A stretch of DNA of 63,758 nucleotides, filler included, from Octopus bimaculoides (taxonomy: Eukaryota): the NCBI RefSeq assembly GCF_001194135.2. It is 5 parts of 5 records of this genome, joined end to end, with 100 filler letters (N's around TTAATTAATTAA, not from the genome) between each part and the next. Parts side by side here need not be neighbours in the genome. Positions count along the whole stretch, not along the records: positions 61,575 to 63,758 come from NW_026419672.1; 4 more parts are not named here. One strand, 5' to 3'. The notes beneath the pieces are model-generated. The model was not told the DNA's origin, searched no databases, and saw only the letters and a list, made by a program, of their open reading frames with translations. A program made the translations under genes and the position numbers. Of this stretch, positions 61,575 to 63,758 are shown in pieces; the first letter of the stretch is position 1, and every line of letters begins with the position of its first letter.

Positions 61575-63720
61575 TAGAAATTGAAAGCAAGATCAAACTC
61601 TCTCACGAAAGGGAAAGAGCAGAGGGAGAGGGAAAAGGGCTGTGGAAAGCATAAAAACAAATCTCAAAGCTTTCTATAAATTCGCAAAGGCAACCGCCAC
61701 AATACAATATAGAATAGGATCATTGTTCCAAGGGATTGACTCGCTGACGGCGGACACAGGAAGGATAAGTGAGATACTCAGTGAACAATTTAAAAGTGTA
61801 TTTACTTCCCCGTTGGACACATGCAAAAAAAAAAACTCATCTGAATTCTATGATATTGCAGCTGTAAAAAAGGAGGCGCCAGCCATCGATTACATCAACA
61901 TTGAGGAAACAGATGTAAGAGCGGCCATAGATGAAATGAGCTCATGCTCCGCCACTGGTTCGGAGCGTTGCAGCTATTGTCCTAAAGTCATGTAAGCAGG
62001 CTTTAACGAAACCACTTCTGTTACTTTTCCAAAGTTTCCTTGCAAAGTGGTATACTTCCTAAAAAGCTGAACGAAGTCATTATATGCCCTATCCGCAAAG
62101 GTGGAAGTAGAGAAGAGGCCAAAAACTACAGGCCAATCTCTCTGACTTCACATGTCAGTAAAGCCATGTAGCGAATCATCAGAAAGAAGTTGATAATGAT
62201 GATAATGACCTACTGAACAATACNNNNNNNNNNATCATCAGAAAGAAGTTGATAATGATGATAATGACCTACTGAACAATACTTAGTATGGCTTCCGTCC
62301 AGGAAGAAGCTGCCTCACACAGCTCCTACAGCACCATGAGTGGATTTTGAAACAGCTGTCTGACCATTCAGACGGTCATTTGACTTCACAAAGGCATTTG
62401 ATAAGGTAGATCATGGCATGATAAATCATAAGCTATGAGACCTTGGTATTGCTGGTAAACTGGGAGAGTGGCTGCATAACTTCCTTAAAAACAGAAGTCA
62501 GGTAGTTGCAGCCAATGGTGCCTTTTCTGAGGAAACTCAAATCCTAANNNNNNNNNNNNNNNNNNNNNNNNNNNNNNNNNNNNNNNNNNNNNNNNNNNNN
62601 NNNNNNNNNNNNNNNNNNNNNNNNNNNNNNNNNNNNNNNNNNNNNNNNNNNNNNNNNNNNNNNNNNNNNNNNNNNNNNNNNNNNNNNNNNNNNNNTTCTG
62701 AGGAAACTCAAATCCTAAGTGGTGTCCCCCAGGGAACTGTTCTGGTGCCATTGCTGTTCGTAACAGCTCTTTTAGACATGCCCACAGTCACTCGGAGAGT
62801 CACTGTCACTAGCTATGCCGATGATACAAAATTATCACATGCAAGATGATGTCACAAGCTTACAGCGGGACCCAAATTCAATATACAAGTGGGCCGAAAT
62901 AAACAACACGCAGTTTAATGCTGGAAAATTTCAAGCACTGTACTATAAACTCACGAAAACAGTACAATCTACATTTACAGGACCCGAAGGTACTACAATC
63001 CTAGAGCAGTGATAGAATTGAGGATCAGCATGTGCAATGACGCATCATTTCATATGCACATTAGCAAGATAGCAGCAAAGTACAGACAACTGGCAGGATG
63101 AATACTGAGATCCTTCAAGAGAAGAGACCAAGAATTATGTTGACCCTGTGGAAAACCTTTGTCCTCAGTTGCCTGGACTACTGCTCCCAGTTATAGTCAT
63201 CACATAGTGCCAAATTAACAGCGGAGCTTGAAGCAGTCCAACGCCACTACACTAAAAAGATTGAANNNNNNNNNNAAAAAGATTGAAACAGTGCAACAGA
63301 TGAGCTACAGGGATAGGCTGAGAAAACTGCAGCTTTACTCCCTCGAGCGAAGGCGTGAGACATATGCTATAATATACATCTGGAAAATCCTAGAAGAGCT
63401 AGTACCTAACTTTGGGATTGAGTGCTATATAAATGCCAGAACTGGCCGCCGTGGTATTGTACTAAAGGTACCATCCACTCCATCTAAATTCAGGACCGCG
63501 TACTGTAATAGTCTAGGGTTCAAAGGCCCAAAGCTCTTCAATGCCCTGCCACAAAAATGAAGAAATTTGCATAAGGTGGAAGCAGATGTCTTCAAAAGGG
63601 AACTAGACATCCTCCTCTCCCCAATACCGGATGAATCAACAGTCCTACATGAGGTATAGACAAGGGCAGCGAAATCTAACTCCCTTATACACCAAATGTA
63701 CCAACAGTTGGGACAAAGGC
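61575..63720 (+). mobile_element. CR1-group LINE ORF2 (reverse transcriptase region and C-terminus), frameshifted pseudogene
   Basis: Fragments translate to IKTNLKAFYKFAK, ISEILSEQFKSVFT, KNYRPISLTSHVSK, QYGFRPGRSCLTQLL-like, KAFDKVDHG, SGVPQGTVL, YADDTK and LYSLERRRE; multiple stops and frameshifts. Confidence 0.93.
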
Positions 63721-63758
63721 ACATACAGGAGTGGTGATGTGAAACACCCAGACTGAGG

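Overview
Animal (eukaryotic) genomic DNA, almost certainly an octopus draft assembly, probably Octopus bimaculoides-type. This is an inference from the extreme microsatellite load, two abundant tRNA-headed SINE families and the many N gaps. Almost all ORFs in the supplied track are spurious products of microsatellites and N runs. Real coding signal: (i) the terminal exon of a METTL24-like SAM-dependent methyltransferase on the minus strand (57166-57453), with the rest of the gene lying to the right of it and not found in the window; (ii) a chain of short, phase-compatible plus-strand exons (about 6.2-55.6 kb, including 19- and 16-nt micro-exons) encoding the C-terminus of a protein I cannot assign, convergent with the METTL24-like gene. 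The rest is intronic or intergenic DNA packed with about 30 SINE copies, decayed LINEs (RTE, Tx1/L1, CR1 group), DNA-transposon remnants (hAT MITEs, Tigger/pogo, mariner) and simple repeats. The most notable observation is a minus-strand 70-nt element at 58878-58947. It holds the complete hammerhead-ribozyme catalytic core and complementary stems in an order that is not a circular permutation (none of types I, II or III), and it is in sense orientation within the presumed last intron of the METTL24-like gene. Also notable: Tx1-type LINE 3' tails shared with a SINE and repeatedly joined to SINE heads or (TATC)n tracts, and a 75-nt internally deleted SINE with a perfect 13-bp target-site duplication (TSD). 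All splice models and alignments were done by eye; repeat boundaries are approximate except where TSDs or terminal inverted repeats (TIRs) are quoted.
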